From Octopus sinensis (Eukaryota), in assembly GCF_006345805.1 (NCBI RefSeq), contig NC_043010.1, positions 57,474,001 through 57,538,000 on the forward strand: DNA of 64,000 bases, given 5' to 3'. The notes under the pieces are model-generated. The model was not told the DNA's origin. It saw nothing but the letters and a program-made list of their open reading frames with translations, and made no database searches. This document shows positions 1-13,711 of this stretch, in pieces (within the stretch, counting starts at the first letter, position 1; each line of letters begins with the position of its first letter). The position numbers and the translations under genes are program-made.

Positions 1-100
1 ATATGTATACACATTTATACATGTGTGTGTATATATATATATGCACACACATATCTATACACACACACACATATGTATGTGTGCATGTGTGTGTGTGTGA

Positions 101-400
101 GTGTTGTGTGTATCTTTGGGTCTGAGCAAAGCTGAATACCTAAGAAGTTCCCCTTGCAGTTCCAAATCTCTTGCTTTGATCTTGTTGCATGGAATCATGG
201 GGTGGATGTCTTTTACTGTGGCCCAGGGGCCCAGGTTGAGCCAAGCCATCGGAGTGATATGGCAAACATACCTTGTCCCACACTGCGTCACACTGATTCT
301 ACCCAAGGATTACATTAAGAGTCCATGTGTCTGTGGAATACTCAGTTATTTCATATGTCAATTCAATGAGGTTCGTTGTAACTGACGCTAACCCCTTGAC
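101..400 (+). mobile_element. Degenerate copy of SINE family C
   Basis: 271-370 (CCTTGTCCCACACTGCGTCACACTGA...TGTCTGTGGAATACTCAG) aligns by eye with the reverse complement of 19560-19665. Confidence 0.6.
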
Positions 401-958
401 TTAACTTTCTATGGACCCGGCTGTCTGTGTGTCCCTAGTTTATTTTAGATCCATCACCACCATCACCATCATTGTCATCATCATCATCATCATCAATCTC
501 TCACTTAAATACCCCACCCTTACCATTTATAAGCTACTTCACTGTCACTTTGTCTGTCTCTCCCCTCCACACACAACCCCAGTTTTTCCTCGAAGCCCCC
601 TTCCACTCCCTCAACCACTACATAGAAGGTAATTAACAGCCAGTGCACTAATTACTCCAACATTGACTTTAATGAGGATTGGCCTCTCCTTCTCATTCTC
701 TCTTAACATAATACACTGCGTTGGCTGTGAATGGGTGTATGTATATATATATAATGTGTAATGTATGTTTATGTGTGTGTGTGTGTATGTGTGTGTGTGT
801 GCGCGTGTGTATGTGTGTATATATATATATGTATGTATATATTATATATATATATATAATATATATACACACACACATATGTGTGTGTATGTAATATGTG
901 TATATATATAATGTGAAAGTATACATATGTGCTATGACTAGTCTGTGAATATAAGATG

Positions 959-1455
959 CAGGGTGTATACATGTAGAGTGTACAGTATTCGCAACCAGGC
1001 TGTTTCGGGTTTATTCATCAATTTGCATAAAAGGAAAAGAAAACCCCCCATTCGAAAATAAAAGTATCTAAAAAAAAATATCAACCAGATATATTTTGGT
1101 TGCCAAAAAGGGTGGCTGCGAGGTAACAGCCAGCCTTAGATTCCTCTGTGACCTGAAGATGGCTCCAGAACCTGGTGCCTGCATTCCTCACTGCATCTCT
1201 TGGAAGTTCCTTGATCTTGGCTATCAGCTTGGCCTTGGTGCTGCAGGCAGAGCAATTGGTGTCATTCTCAACTGTGTCACACACACAGGAATACATGGGA
1301 GTACAGCTGAAGAAAGTTGGAGCCAGACATTGGAGCTGGTGAAGTTGTAGAAGTTCTTTGACAATCATTTCTCGCTTTTACCAGGAGCCAATTCCTGCTG
1401 CCACACATATGAGCTTCGAGCAACAACCCTCCCTCTCCAGCAAGGGTTTGACCAC
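959..1455 (-). mobile_element. maT/DD37D (Tc1/mariner superfamily) transposon 3' fragment
   Basis: Minus frame reads TVENDTNCSACSTKAKLIAKIKELPRDAVRNAGTRFWSHL (transposase C-terminus), homologous to 44240-44530; 1020-1080 matches 44900-44970; CAGGGTGT end-like motif at 959. Confidence 0.75.
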
Positions 1456-1474
1456 AGAAGAGAAAACTTTCTTT

Positions 1475-2875
1475 CTGTCAGGTAAATGGCCCCTTCTCAA
1501 TATGTAGGAAAGGAGTTGGAAGAAAGTCCATTCGCTGCACCCAGAGTAAACTATGGACATGTAAGAGGTGCAGTGGAATCACAGGTAGATTAACTGATAA
1601 AGTTGTCTTTGTATGTGGCAGATGTGCAGGAACAATAAGCACATGGAAGAAATGTCAATGGACCAAGATATCTGGCAATATGAGGTTCTTGAGAAGACCT
1701 ACCCATGTCAGCAAAACTGAGTTCTAGAAGTGCTGTGTGTCCCACCCACACTTAACATGAAAACTTCTTACACACTCTACAACAAACCAAACTACATCTC
1801 TCCTCTCCCTCACATTTCCACTTCATGCACTATGCTTACCTCTCACTCCTCAATCCTGTCCTCTTGGCCCTGATCCACTGTATCATTGCTCTCTGCAAAC
1901 TCCCGACCTGTGTGTTCCACCCACACACCATGCTTCACTGTATCAGTGCTCTCTGCTAGCCCCTGATTTGTGTGTTCCACCCACACATAACAAGAAAACT
2001 TTTCACACACCCTATCCCAACAAATCAATCTACATCTCTTCTCTTCCTCACATTTCCTCCTTCATACACTGTGCCTGCCTCTCACTCCCCAATCCTGTCC
2101 TCATGGCCATGTTTTTCTGTATTATTGCTATCCGGTAGCCCACCCCACCACTCTATATATACTCAGATTCTCACCACCCACTTCTCCCTCCTCTGCACTC
2201 TCCAATCATGCTCCTTTCGCAATATCCTGCCACTTATATTATGACATTCAAACCTCAAGGGTCTGCCCTGACCCTTGCCACCATCTATATCTCTCTCTTC
2301 CTTTTTGCTACCATCTCTATCCTGTTGTCTCCCACTCTCTCTCTCCTTCCCTCAGGTTGGGTAACCATGTATCTCCTTTGCAGCAGCACATCTTTTCCTT
2401 TCTTCATTCCTGATCTCTCTCTCTCTCTCTCTGGCCAGGTAACCTTGTACTTCCTCTACAGCAAGATACCTGTTTCTATCTCTCACTACAACCTTTCTTG
2501 ATCTGACACAAGATCACCTCCTCCAATGCCCCCCTCCCATCTCAAAGGTTTTTTTTTTTGTCTTGCAAGGTACTTGGTGACCCTGCCAGTGCAGGTGCCA
2601 CTTAAAAAGCATCCAGTCCACACTTGGCATTTGGAAGGGTATCCAGCCGTAAAAACCTTGCCAAAACTGACCTTGCCTGTGCTTGTGTCACGTAAAGAAC
2701 ACCAAGTCCACTCTACTGAGTGGTTGGTGTTAGGAAGGGCATCCAGCTGTAAGAATCCTGTCAAAACAGTTACAGAAGTCTGGTGTAGGCTTCTGCCTGG
2801 CTGACTCCTGTAAAACTGTCCCACCCATGCCAGCATGGAATGCAGACATTAAACAAAGAGGATGATGATGATGAT
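1475..2875 (+). mobile_element. Old, internally deleted RTE-clade LINE remnant (PHD segment, pyrimidine-rich 3' UTR, (GAT)n tail)
   Basis: 1478-1630 is homologous to 27215-27365; internal duplication 1735-1930/1970-2140; 2590-2875 matches the RTE 3' tail at 28480-28668. Confidence 0.65.
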
Positions 2876-2891
2876 ATACACATACACACAC

Positions 2892-2969
2892 ATCATCATC
2901 ATTATCATCATCATCATCATCATCGTTTGGCGTCCACTTTCCATGCTAGCATGGGTTGGACGGTTTTGA

Positions 2970-2970
<1 letters not shown>
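2892..2970 (-). mobile_element. RTE 3'-terminal fragment, inverted
   Basis: (CAT)n followed by CGTCCACTTTCCATGCTAGCATGGGTTGGACGG, the reverse complement of the RTE tail. Confidence 0.75.
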
Positions 2971-3470
<500 letters not shown>

Positions 3471-4174
3471 ATAGGCAGTTAGACAGCCAGAATGAAACAT
3501 GTAGGCTCCCTGGTACTTATGTCAATGTGTATAAAAGCAATTTCTATTTTTTCTTGGAATTGCTCAATGAATATTTAAAAATTAATTAGAGCTGTGACAG
3601 CCATATATCTGTGAGGAGGAAATTGCGAGAAAGAGAGGAATCTCAAATATACAAAATGCATACGAATGTGTGCGTACGTATATCTTTATAAACATGTATT
3701 TGTCTATGTTCCATTATGTTTTATGTATGTGTATGTGTGTGCGTGTGCACTTGTATGTGCAAACGTATATATAGTTGTTTATATGCACACACTCGTTCAC
3801 GCAAACACATATAAGCATTAATGTAGATGTATTTACATTTACAATCATAATCATATACATATGTATGTATGTATGTGCGTGCACAGACACACAGGCAGAC
3901 AAATAACTGTAAGTATGTGTGCTTATGAACAATAAATTGGATGCATCCAGTGATTAAACACCCCCTCCCCCGACCCCCCTTCGGACCCCCCCCCCCCGAT
4001 AGAGACGCAGAAGAAAAGAAGAACAAAAATTAATGAATTAAACTTGGCAAAGTAAAACAGTGCATCATGGAAGTGTGATGTGAATGTGTTGTGTAAAAAA
4101 ATATATGATATTGTGTCCGTTAACATAACAACCCATTAATGAGTAATGATATACACACGCATTTATGTACATTA

Positions 4175-4175
4175 C

Positions 4176-4223
<48 letters not shown>

Positions 4224-4269
4224 ATACAACATATATACATATATATATATCTATATATATATATATACA

Positions 4270-4312
<43 letters not shown>

Positions 4313-4350
4313 CATATATATATGTATATATATATCTATACATACATATA

Positions 4351-4399
<49 letters not shown>

Positions 4400-4403
4400 T
4401 ATA

Positions 4404-4442
<39 letters not shown>

Positions 4443-4443
4443 C

Positions 4444-4496
<53 letters not shown>

Positions 4497-4532
4497 CAAT
4501 ATATATATAATATATATATGTATATATATATA

Positions 4533-4575
<43 letters not shown>

Positions 4576-4579
4576 TATA

Positions 4580-4657
<78 letters not shown>

Positions 4658-4660
4658 TGT
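4175..4660. repeat. (TA)n microsatellite (representative; others at 5380-5690, 11800-12020, 20640-21200, 33850-34060, 42600-43290, 54277-54410, 62510-62600, 63200-63400)
   Basis: Direct inspection. Confidence 0.97.
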
Positions 4661-5476
4661 ATATGTATGTATATACATAAACAGACATATGTACATATAT
4701 CTGCATAATGTATATATAGATGTGTATATATGCATATTATATATGTGTGTGTGTGTGTATGTATATTTATATTTGTTTCTATATCTACATCTACATCTAT
4801 ATCTATGTACAAATGTATGTGTATGTTTGTGTGTGTGTGTGTGTGTGTGTAAATATATTTATATACACATCTCGGCAAACATACATATATGGGAGGCCAA
4901 TACAAATAAGTGAAGACTAATTAACTGGCACATTTTGTCATGACATTAACGAAGCAGTGACTGTCCATTAAGTCAGAAGCAATTTGTGACAAGTCTTTAA
5001 AGAGAGTGACAAATCAAACAGATGAATGAAATGTCTTCGACTGACTCCTCGTTAAGTAAATCTACGCTAATGACTATACACAATTTTACTGATTCTTTTA
5101 TGATGCTATATCATTAAGCAATCAGCATGCTATTAGCAACATCCACGATATTGCAATATCAAACTAAACCCAGATCGCCGAGTTTTTTTCTCTCGTTTTT
5201 CTAGATTTATGTGTATATACATTTATCTTTATATCTTTATCTTTATGTGTGTATGCACACACACAAACACACACATGTATGTAGTTATACATATATATAC
5301 ACACACGTACACATATATTTCTATACATAGATATATATGTGTATAAATACCTATATACATATATACAAATATATGCATATATATATATATATATATAATA
5401 TGTATATATATATAATATATGTATATATATATATATATATAATATATATATATGTATATGTATATATAATGTATAT

Positions 5477-5532
<56 letters not shown>

Positions 5533-6426
5533 TATATATGCATATATATATATTTATTATATGTATATGTATATATAATGTATATATACATACATCATAT
5601 ATATATATATATTATATATATATATATATATAATATATATATCTATATATATATATGCATATATATATATATATATATATGTATATGATATATATGCACA
5701 CATAGATTGTATGTGTGTTTTGAAATGAACTTGTTCATTGATCAATGACTGCAAACGTTTTTGCTTTTGTTTGTTTTCGTGATGTTGGGTCTCATCAATT
5801 TGTACACACACACACGCACACACATACCCCCCACACACATTCCTCCCACACACACACATATGTATAAGCAAATACGTATATATACCGATATAAAAGGTGC
5901 GTATGCCTTGTCATACATACATGCAGACACATCATTTTCACTTTTATCCTTTCCTTAGTTCTAGTCACATGACTATGGCCAGTCTGGTGCTACATGTACA
6001 TGGCATCAGCTGATCCTGTTAACTCCCTGAAGATGCTTGAATCTGGGGCCTATTTCATCTGTCTACTGACCAACTCCCTCAACACTTAAGCTCTTAGTTG
6101 ACCCTGGTTTTCACTGTCCTTGTATGTCTACATTAATATATACACCACGTGACTGATATCAATATATATATATGTCTTCCATCATGTGACGTCCATCATT
6201 GAGTAAAGGTAGTTAATGGAGTAAATAGATGTTACTGATCCCCATGATGTTCAAATAGTGATCAGCAGTCATGGTGGTGGTGGTGGTGGTCAATTAATAA
6301 GAGGACAGCTGGACGAGGTGATGGGATTTGTTCAGAGTAATGGCGATATTGATGGTGGTTTCATTTAGACCAGCATCTCAAACATACATAGACATATACA
6401 TACAGACAGACAAACAAATACAAGCA

Positions 6427-6460
<34 letters not shown>

Positions 6461-6874
6461 CATGTATATACATACATACATAAATATATATATAATTATA
6501 TACACACATGCATATACATACATGTACATGCATACATGCATACATACAGATACTCTACAAAACAGTGATACATGGATATGTTTTTTGTAAACTTGAGGAA
6601 AATGATATTCGTATTAAGTGTAGCTTCTCTTTGTCGCATGATTCTAACGTTCTTGGTTGTGCCATAACCACGGAGACACTGCTCACCCATTCCAAAGCAT
6701 AACTGCTCAATTTCTTTTTTAGAGTCTGCTATTTTTCTGATTTATGGACAAGTGATTGATAATGTGTATACACACACACATAAAATGGAGGAAGATATGT
6801 GTATATATATATATATATGCATGTATATATATACACACACATATATATATATTATATATATATATTATATACAT

Positions 6875-6912
<38 letters not shown>

Positions 6913-7949
6913 GGGTGTGTGTGTGTGTGTATATATATTATATATATTATATATATATATATAATATATATATATGTATGTTATATATAAACTAATATCG
7001 AACAGTGAGAATGAGTGCTCAATCATAATGAAATGATTGGTAGCCTCGTTAACCTTTGGATAAAGTATATATGTATACATATACATACAATGGCATAAAC
7101 TTTGTGCCCCAGTATGGCCACTGAATACAGGGAGAGACAAATAAAATATAAGATATAAATGACATATGTGTGTGTGCATGTGTGTGTGCATGTGTGTATC
7201 TGCATGTGTGTGTGTGTGTGTGTGTGTAAATGCATATGCCTACATGCACATATACCCACACACACACACACATGCATACAAGAGCAGACACAAAACCACA
7301 TAAATGTCTAATTAGTGTAAATATGTAAATAATGCAGTATAGGTCATTGTTAAGTATAAACAGTGTTAAACTTTATTCAAAGAGGGAGGTCAGAGAGGTC
7401 AGGAAGGTCAAACTTGTTATTGTGAGATCATGGGTTCAAAGGTAAGAGTTGTTTTCTTTTTGATCACTGTTTTTTTTTTTGAGTTTCACTATTGCTCTCT
7501 CATAATATCCCAGTCTGCCAGTCACCCTCCACCCACACCACAACCACCACCAACAACAACATTAATTACAACAACAACCCCCACTAGATTCACTACTACC
7601 TCCCACACTGACACTAGTATCACCAGCACCACACCACCATTACTGTTGTTCTCCTCAGCCTCCCCTCCTCCTCCTCCTCACCACCACCACTGCCATCTCC
7701 AATAATTACAAACTATCAACCTGATTAATTCTGTCTTCTTAAAGTGTTTCGCTGTCTTTAAACAAAACTTTACCAATGTTTTGTCTGGCCATGACAAAGA
7801 AGTTAACACAAATTGGTCATCTTTTCCAAACTTAATTCATTACTCAACGTAATGAAATGAAATTTATCAAAACGTTTCAAGCAGTACACACCTAATCACT
7901 TTGAAATATATATATACAATATAGCTACTTACATAGCTAATTAGTGCCT

Positions 7950-8152
7950 GACTGGCCCTTGTGCCGGTGGCACATAAAAAGCACCCACTACACTCTTGGA
8001 GTGGTTGGCATTATGAAGGGCATCCAGCTGTAGAAACACTGCCAGATCAGATTGGAGCCTGGTGCAGCCTCCTGGCTTGCCAGCACTCAGTCAAGCTGGC
8101 CAACCCATGCCAGCATGGAAAGCGGACGTTAAACAATGATGATGATGATGAT
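7950..8152 (+). mobile_element. RTE 3'-tail module (5'-truncated RTE or partner SINE)
   Basis: GTGCCGGTGGCACATAAAAAGCACCCACTACACTC...GAAGGGCATCCAGCTGTAGAAAC...CCATGCCAGCATGGAAAGCGGACGTTAAAC(GAT)n, matching 28480-28668. Confidence 0.85.
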
Positions 8153-8260
8153 ATTGAAGTATATATAATATTTAGCTAAACACACTGAAAAAATATATAA
8201 ATACCATCATCATCATTATCATCATCATCATAGTTTAACGTCCGTTTTCCCTGCTAGCAC

Positions 8261-8315
<55 letters not shown>

Positions 8316-8334
8316 TATATATATATATATATGT

Positions 8335-8530
8335 ATAGTTAGAATTTACAAAAAAGCAAAAGACGAAGATGGGTGTAATAACAACAAACAGATGTATTAG
8401 TTTAACGCTCGGAAGTGAGAAAGTCTTTTACGTTCGAGCCTATGCTCTTCAACAGAAAGGAACACAGAAATAAACAGGGAGATAAAATAGAAAAAGGTTA
8501 GTGGCTAGTGATCTATCAGGGTGAATATAC
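8335..8530 (-). mobile_element. Probable Penelope-like pLTR relic with degenerate minimal hammerhead
   Basis: Island inside (TA)n; minus strand 8459-8425 reads CTTT-CTGTTGA-A-GAGC-ATAG-GCTC-GA-ACGT-A-AAAG. Confidence 0.5.
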
Positions 8531-8571
8531 ATACAAACATATATATATATATATATTATATATATACATAT

Positions 8572-9560
8572 ATCAGCATATAGTAGTTCTCAGGGTTGCC
8601 AGTCTTGAATTCCTCTCTTATCGTCTGGAGGTGGAAGCAAAACCTGTAATCTAAGAGAGTTAAGGTTAACTTGGCAAAGACTAAGGTAGGCAAGAAAACA
8701 GACAGGACCCTACTCACTTCCGGTAGGTGGTCCTGCTTGATTTGTAGGTAAGATGTAGACAGGAATATCCATATAGTGTGCACAATGTAAGCTATGGACA
8801 CACAGGAGGTGCAGTAGAATGGTAGGAGGGTAATCAGAGAAGGTAATGTTCATATGTGGAAGCTGTATAGGCGCCATAAAAGCTACAGATACTCAGGAAA
8901 TTGATTTTCTCAAATGCCCTGGAGGTCTATTAGATGTAATAGATAATTGCTGCTACTTAGGGGACCAAATTAGTAGTGGGGAGGGTGTACAGAAAGTGTA
9001 ATAGCTAGAATGAAAATAGAATGGAAAAAATTCAGAGAGTTTTTACCTCTGTTGGCAACCCGGTCCCTCTCTCCGACTGAAAGGAAGATTCTATAATGCA
9101 TGTAGATGAACAGCAATTCTACATGGTAGTGAGATATGGGCCCTGGATGCAGAGGACATGTGAAAGTTAGAGAGGAACGAGGCCAGTATGCTCTGCTGGG
9201 TGTGTAATGTATTTGTACATGTTTGACAGGGTGCTGGTGTATTGTGAGAAGCATTAGAAGGATTAGATGCAGTGTGCAAGAGAGAAGACTGTGCTGGTTT
9301 GGTCAAGTAATGCCAACAGCTCCATAAAGAAGTGTCTCTCAAATTAGATGGAACTTGGGGAAGAGGAAGACCCAGGAAGACAATTGATGAAGCACTGAAG
9401 GACGCTGAACCTTTCAGATGAAATGTCAAAGGGTTGAGATACCTGGAACCATGCTGCACTCAAGAAGATTTGTACTCCACAGCAGAAGTGTTTAAGACCA
9501 CTTCCCTGGTGAAGGGGGTTGGCCTGCAAGAGCCCTGCACCAGTGCCACGTAAAAGTCAT
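8572..9560 (+). mobile_element. Degenerate 5'-truncated RTE LINE with short 5' inversion
   Basis: 8630-9480 is collinear with 27120-28010 (PHD, YLGDQ, ESVIARMKIEWKKFRE, RGRPRKT segments); 8572-8628 matches 27015-27071 on the opposite strand. Confidence 0.8.
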
Positions 9561-10089
9561 CTTAAAAAACAGATCCCACTTGGGTCTTTAGAAAGATCCT
9601 ACATTTGTCAGTTTGTCTAAAAACAAAATGAATGAAGTATTCAAGATGGTTACACACTGAGGTCTCATGTGAGATGAGAATGTCTGAGAAAGTATAAGGC
9701 CAAATTCCTTTCATTCTAGAGGACAAATTTATGGCCCAAGAACCATGCATCATTGGAGTTGAAGAATATGTAGCCACTTTGATTACATCTGTACTTCTCA
9801 GGTCTATTTATACATGCTGTTGGTCTTTTAATGAGAGAGAAAGATAGAAAGGGGGAAGGAATACGAAGATATCGGTGATAGAGGTAGAGTAATGAAAGAC
9901 AAAGAGAAAGAGAGAGAGAGAGAGTGATATGCAGCTAAATGAGAGTTGTTGGAAAAGAGTTTGAGTAGGAACAGCATCATGGTGTAAGACTGATTGAAAT
10001 ATTTTTATAGAACTCCATTATGATTGTCATCTCATCTGAACTAATTCACTTCCGAATTAAAAGTGCCAACATACTTTTATTAAATATCA

Positions 10090-10310
10090 AAACCCAATCC
10101 ATCAAACTGACACCTTTTCTTGGTGAATCACGTTTGCCTTTGACCACTTCCTCACAATATTGTTTTGTCAGTCATGGGTATGACAGCTCCCTCTACAATT
10201 TCTCAGTGACTGCTGCTTCATAGTTTCTCTCCTATTTTCAACATTTCCCCAACTATTTCTGATGGTCCACTTGTCTCCTCTAGCTTCAAATTCTTGTAAG
10301 ACTTTCCCTA
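10090..10310 (-). mobile_element. Possible highly decayed RTE-like ORF2 C-terminus
   Basis: Minus-strand segment reads EEVVKGKRDSP, weakly resembling the G-x-V-x-GKR-x-RGRP end of RTE ORFs. Confidence 0.3.
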
Positions 10311-10524
10311 GCAGAACAGCTGTTAACTTCAGTGGTCAGTCGCTCTATTGGGATTACCTGGGGGTCAGTCGTTCTGGTAGGATTACCTGGCGTGGGATTA
10401 TCTGGGTCTTCAGCACATTCAACACCCTCTTAGAAAAGAATTTCAACATCAGGGAGAGCATGGGAGCCATTATAATTTCATACACAGCTTCATTTATGCC
10501 ATACACAAAAGTATGCACTGATGT

Positions 10525-10558
<34 letters not shown>

Positions 10559-10559
10559 A

Positions 10560-10599
<40 letters not shown>

Positions 10600-10984
10600 G
10601 TAGATGTAAGGTGGTGAGAAAGGTGAAGCAATATCTGTTAGATGTATTAACTTTCATATAATGTTTTGTAGTGAATAACATACAAATACATATATACTTG
10701 CATAGATACGTGCACACATGCATATATACACACATACATAAAAGAAGAAAAGAAAACGAAGAAGGCTGCCATTAGTACAATGGAGTGAATAAGAAAGAAA
10801 GAGCTATAAATTTCAGAATGTAGCACCATTTGTATCCCCCATGAAGAGAAGATGACGACATTGGATAAATTGAAAGATTTATTTTATAGAAGAAATGACT
10901 TCCTAAAGCTGCTTCCACTTTACTGTGCAGCGCTGCCACAGAATGTCTTCTCTTTCAAATATGATAGATTTTGGCAAATATCCT

Positions 10985-11360
10985 ACCAACCACCACCACA
11001 CCACCACCACCACAACCAGTACCACTACCAACACCAACGCCACAACCAGTACCACCACCACTACAACCAGTATCACTACCAACAGCACCACCACCACCAC
11101 CACCACTACCATCACCACCATCACCAACCACCAGCACCACCAATACCACCACCACCACCACCACCACCACCACCACCACCACCACCACCACTACCACCAC
11201 CACCATCACTACCACCATCACCACCAATACCACCACCACCACTGCCACCGCTGCCACCACTACTACCACCAATATCACCACCATCACCAACCACTGTCAC
11301 CACCAATACCACTACCACCACCAATACCACTATCACCACTACCACCACCACCACTGACAC
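10985..11360. repeat. (CAC/CAT/TAC)n compound trinucleotide repeat
   Basis: Direct inspection; source of the spurious poly-His/Pro/Thr ORFs. Confidence 0.93.
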
Positions 11361-11793
11361 CTATTCAACTCACAGCACCATCAACACCTTCAGTTTCGTT
11401 ATGTCTTACAATCTGAAGCTAAATCCATTCTTACCGATATTTCAGCAGATCCTGAAAAGAGCCAGCTAAGTCGAAGGAAATGTGTGAACACAGCATTTTC
11501 TCTTATGTTCTTTATTAAAGATTCCTGCTTTTGTCAAAACCCCAGGTAGCGGTGCTTTATCTTTATTGTTGTTCTTGCTGATGTTGTTGTTGCTGTTGTT
11601 GTTGTGGCTGCCATTATTACTTATTTCAGTTGTTAAACTTTATCCTCACATGTGTGTGTGCATATGTGCATATATGCGTATGTGTACGTATATACGTATA
11701 CACGCATATATTCAAACATACATTCAGACATCTCTATGTATGTATATATGTATGCATGTATATATGTACATATATACATACAAAAACTGCAAT

Positions 11794-11824
<31 letters not shown>

Positions 11825-11901
11825 TATATAAATTTATACATTTATATATTATATAAATATATACATTTATATATATATATGCATATATATAAATATATAT
11901 A

Positions 11902-11939
<38 letters not shown>

Positions 11940-11941
11940 TA

Positions 11942-11999
<58 letters not shown>

Positions 12000-12914
12000 T
12001 ATATATATATGCATATATATTTAAGATGTATGTATGTGTAAACACCCTTTTGTTTTATGTTTTATGTTTAGTGATGTGTTCTTAGAATTGTGTCACTTCA
12101 AGACTGTATTTCCATATTGGATCCTTTGCTTATAACTTGATTTATTAGCCAACCATAATCTGCAGATTTCTATAGAAAACTCTGGGGAAGCTTAGAATTG
12201 TGAACAAGATGATGTTTTCAAAATTTTGAAAATGTCACCTGAAGAGGTGAACAGAACAGAAATATTTCTAACAAATCTGATTAATGTAAAATACAAACGA
12301 CATTCACAAATAAATGGAAGGATTCATAATTTTACTCCAGTGCCAAAAAAATGGTAAAATTATCTTTGAATTTTTATTATAGTTAAATGCTGAATACCTA
12401 AATAGTAATGTTCAGTGTTTATAAATGGTAAGCTTGGTACTAAAATGTACAATGTCATGAACCAAAGTATTTTAACTGGTTAAAATTATGCCAGTGAGGA
12501 GGAGAGAGAGTCATTAGATTAATTAATAATTCTGTTCACAGGAGCTAGGGGAGACAATTTCGAAATTTTAATCAAGTAACATTATTCTAAGAATTGCATT
12601 AATTATATGATTATAAAGAATTTCATTAATTATATGATTATAAAGCTAATTCTTAAGAACATGTGTAATATTTTGTGAAAGAATTGGTTTACTAAATTAA
12701 AGATTTTCATACTAAATACAGAACCAGGGCCTGAGTTTTCCTTTTGTCTTCTCTGTGTTTACTTTGTGTAATTGTCTACAGTAGCATAATAAGATGTGTT
12801 TACTGTGTTCATTAGTCTGTGTTGATAGTCTATCAGGTACTTCAGAAATCAATTTGGACAAAAATCAAGTTAATCAATGATTTAGAGAATTTTTTTAAAA
12901 CAATAAAGCGAGAC

Positions 12915-13397
12915 AAAAGCATACAGTCACAACACACAGTCACAACACACTGTCACAACATTCTGCCACAAAATACAATAACACCATAGACACAACATAG
13001 TCACTGCACATCATAGTTACACTACACAGACACAATATGCAGTCATACCACACAATTAGGCCATAGTCATACCACACAGTTGCATTACAGAGTTACACTA
13101 CACAACCAAATCATACAGTTACACAATACAATCACAGCACACACAGTCACATCAAAGTCACATTACATGGTCACACCTCACAGTCACACCATACAATCAC
13201 ACTACACTGTCACGCCATATTGTCACTCCATACACCCACATAATACAATCACTCCCTAGTCACAACAGAGTCACACCACTGCGCTACATTACACAGTCAC
13301 AATATACACTCACACCAGACACTCACGCCATACATTTATGCCATACACTCACACCATACACTTACGCCATACACTTACACCATACACTTACGCCATG
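12915..13397. repeat. Degenerate 13-bp minisatellite
   Basis: Units ACACAGTCACAAC at the left grade into ACTTACGCCATAC at the right. Confidence 0.75.
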
Positions 13398-13674
13398 CAG
13401 ACAGCCTGCAGTGAAAATCCCTCACCATTAAACCACCAACCATTTTGTAGAATCGCTAAATAACATAAATATATTTTGTAGCCAAAGCGAACGGTTTGTG
13501 TTGATGTAAATTCTGTCTGTACAAACATTTATTTCAAGTTATTTCAACTTCGTCAAACAAGACTCTGTATAATATTTCAGTGAAGCAGAGTCAATCATAC
13601 AACAACCAAACCAAACAACCGTATTTACTTTAAAATATTGGAAGATGTTGCAAAACTAACACAAAACCAATATG

Positions 13675-13711
<37 letters not shown>

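Noticed and set aside
10852-11469. 205-aa His/Pro/Thr-rich ORF resembling a formin- or extensin-like protein
   Set aside because: Almost entirely a (CAC)n compound repeat, open on both strands; the unique flanks show no recognisable domain.
12234-12272. GTCAC-CTGAAGA-GGTG...GAAATATTTC possible hammerhead
   Set aside because: Stem I and stem II partners are missing or too weak to distinguish from chance.
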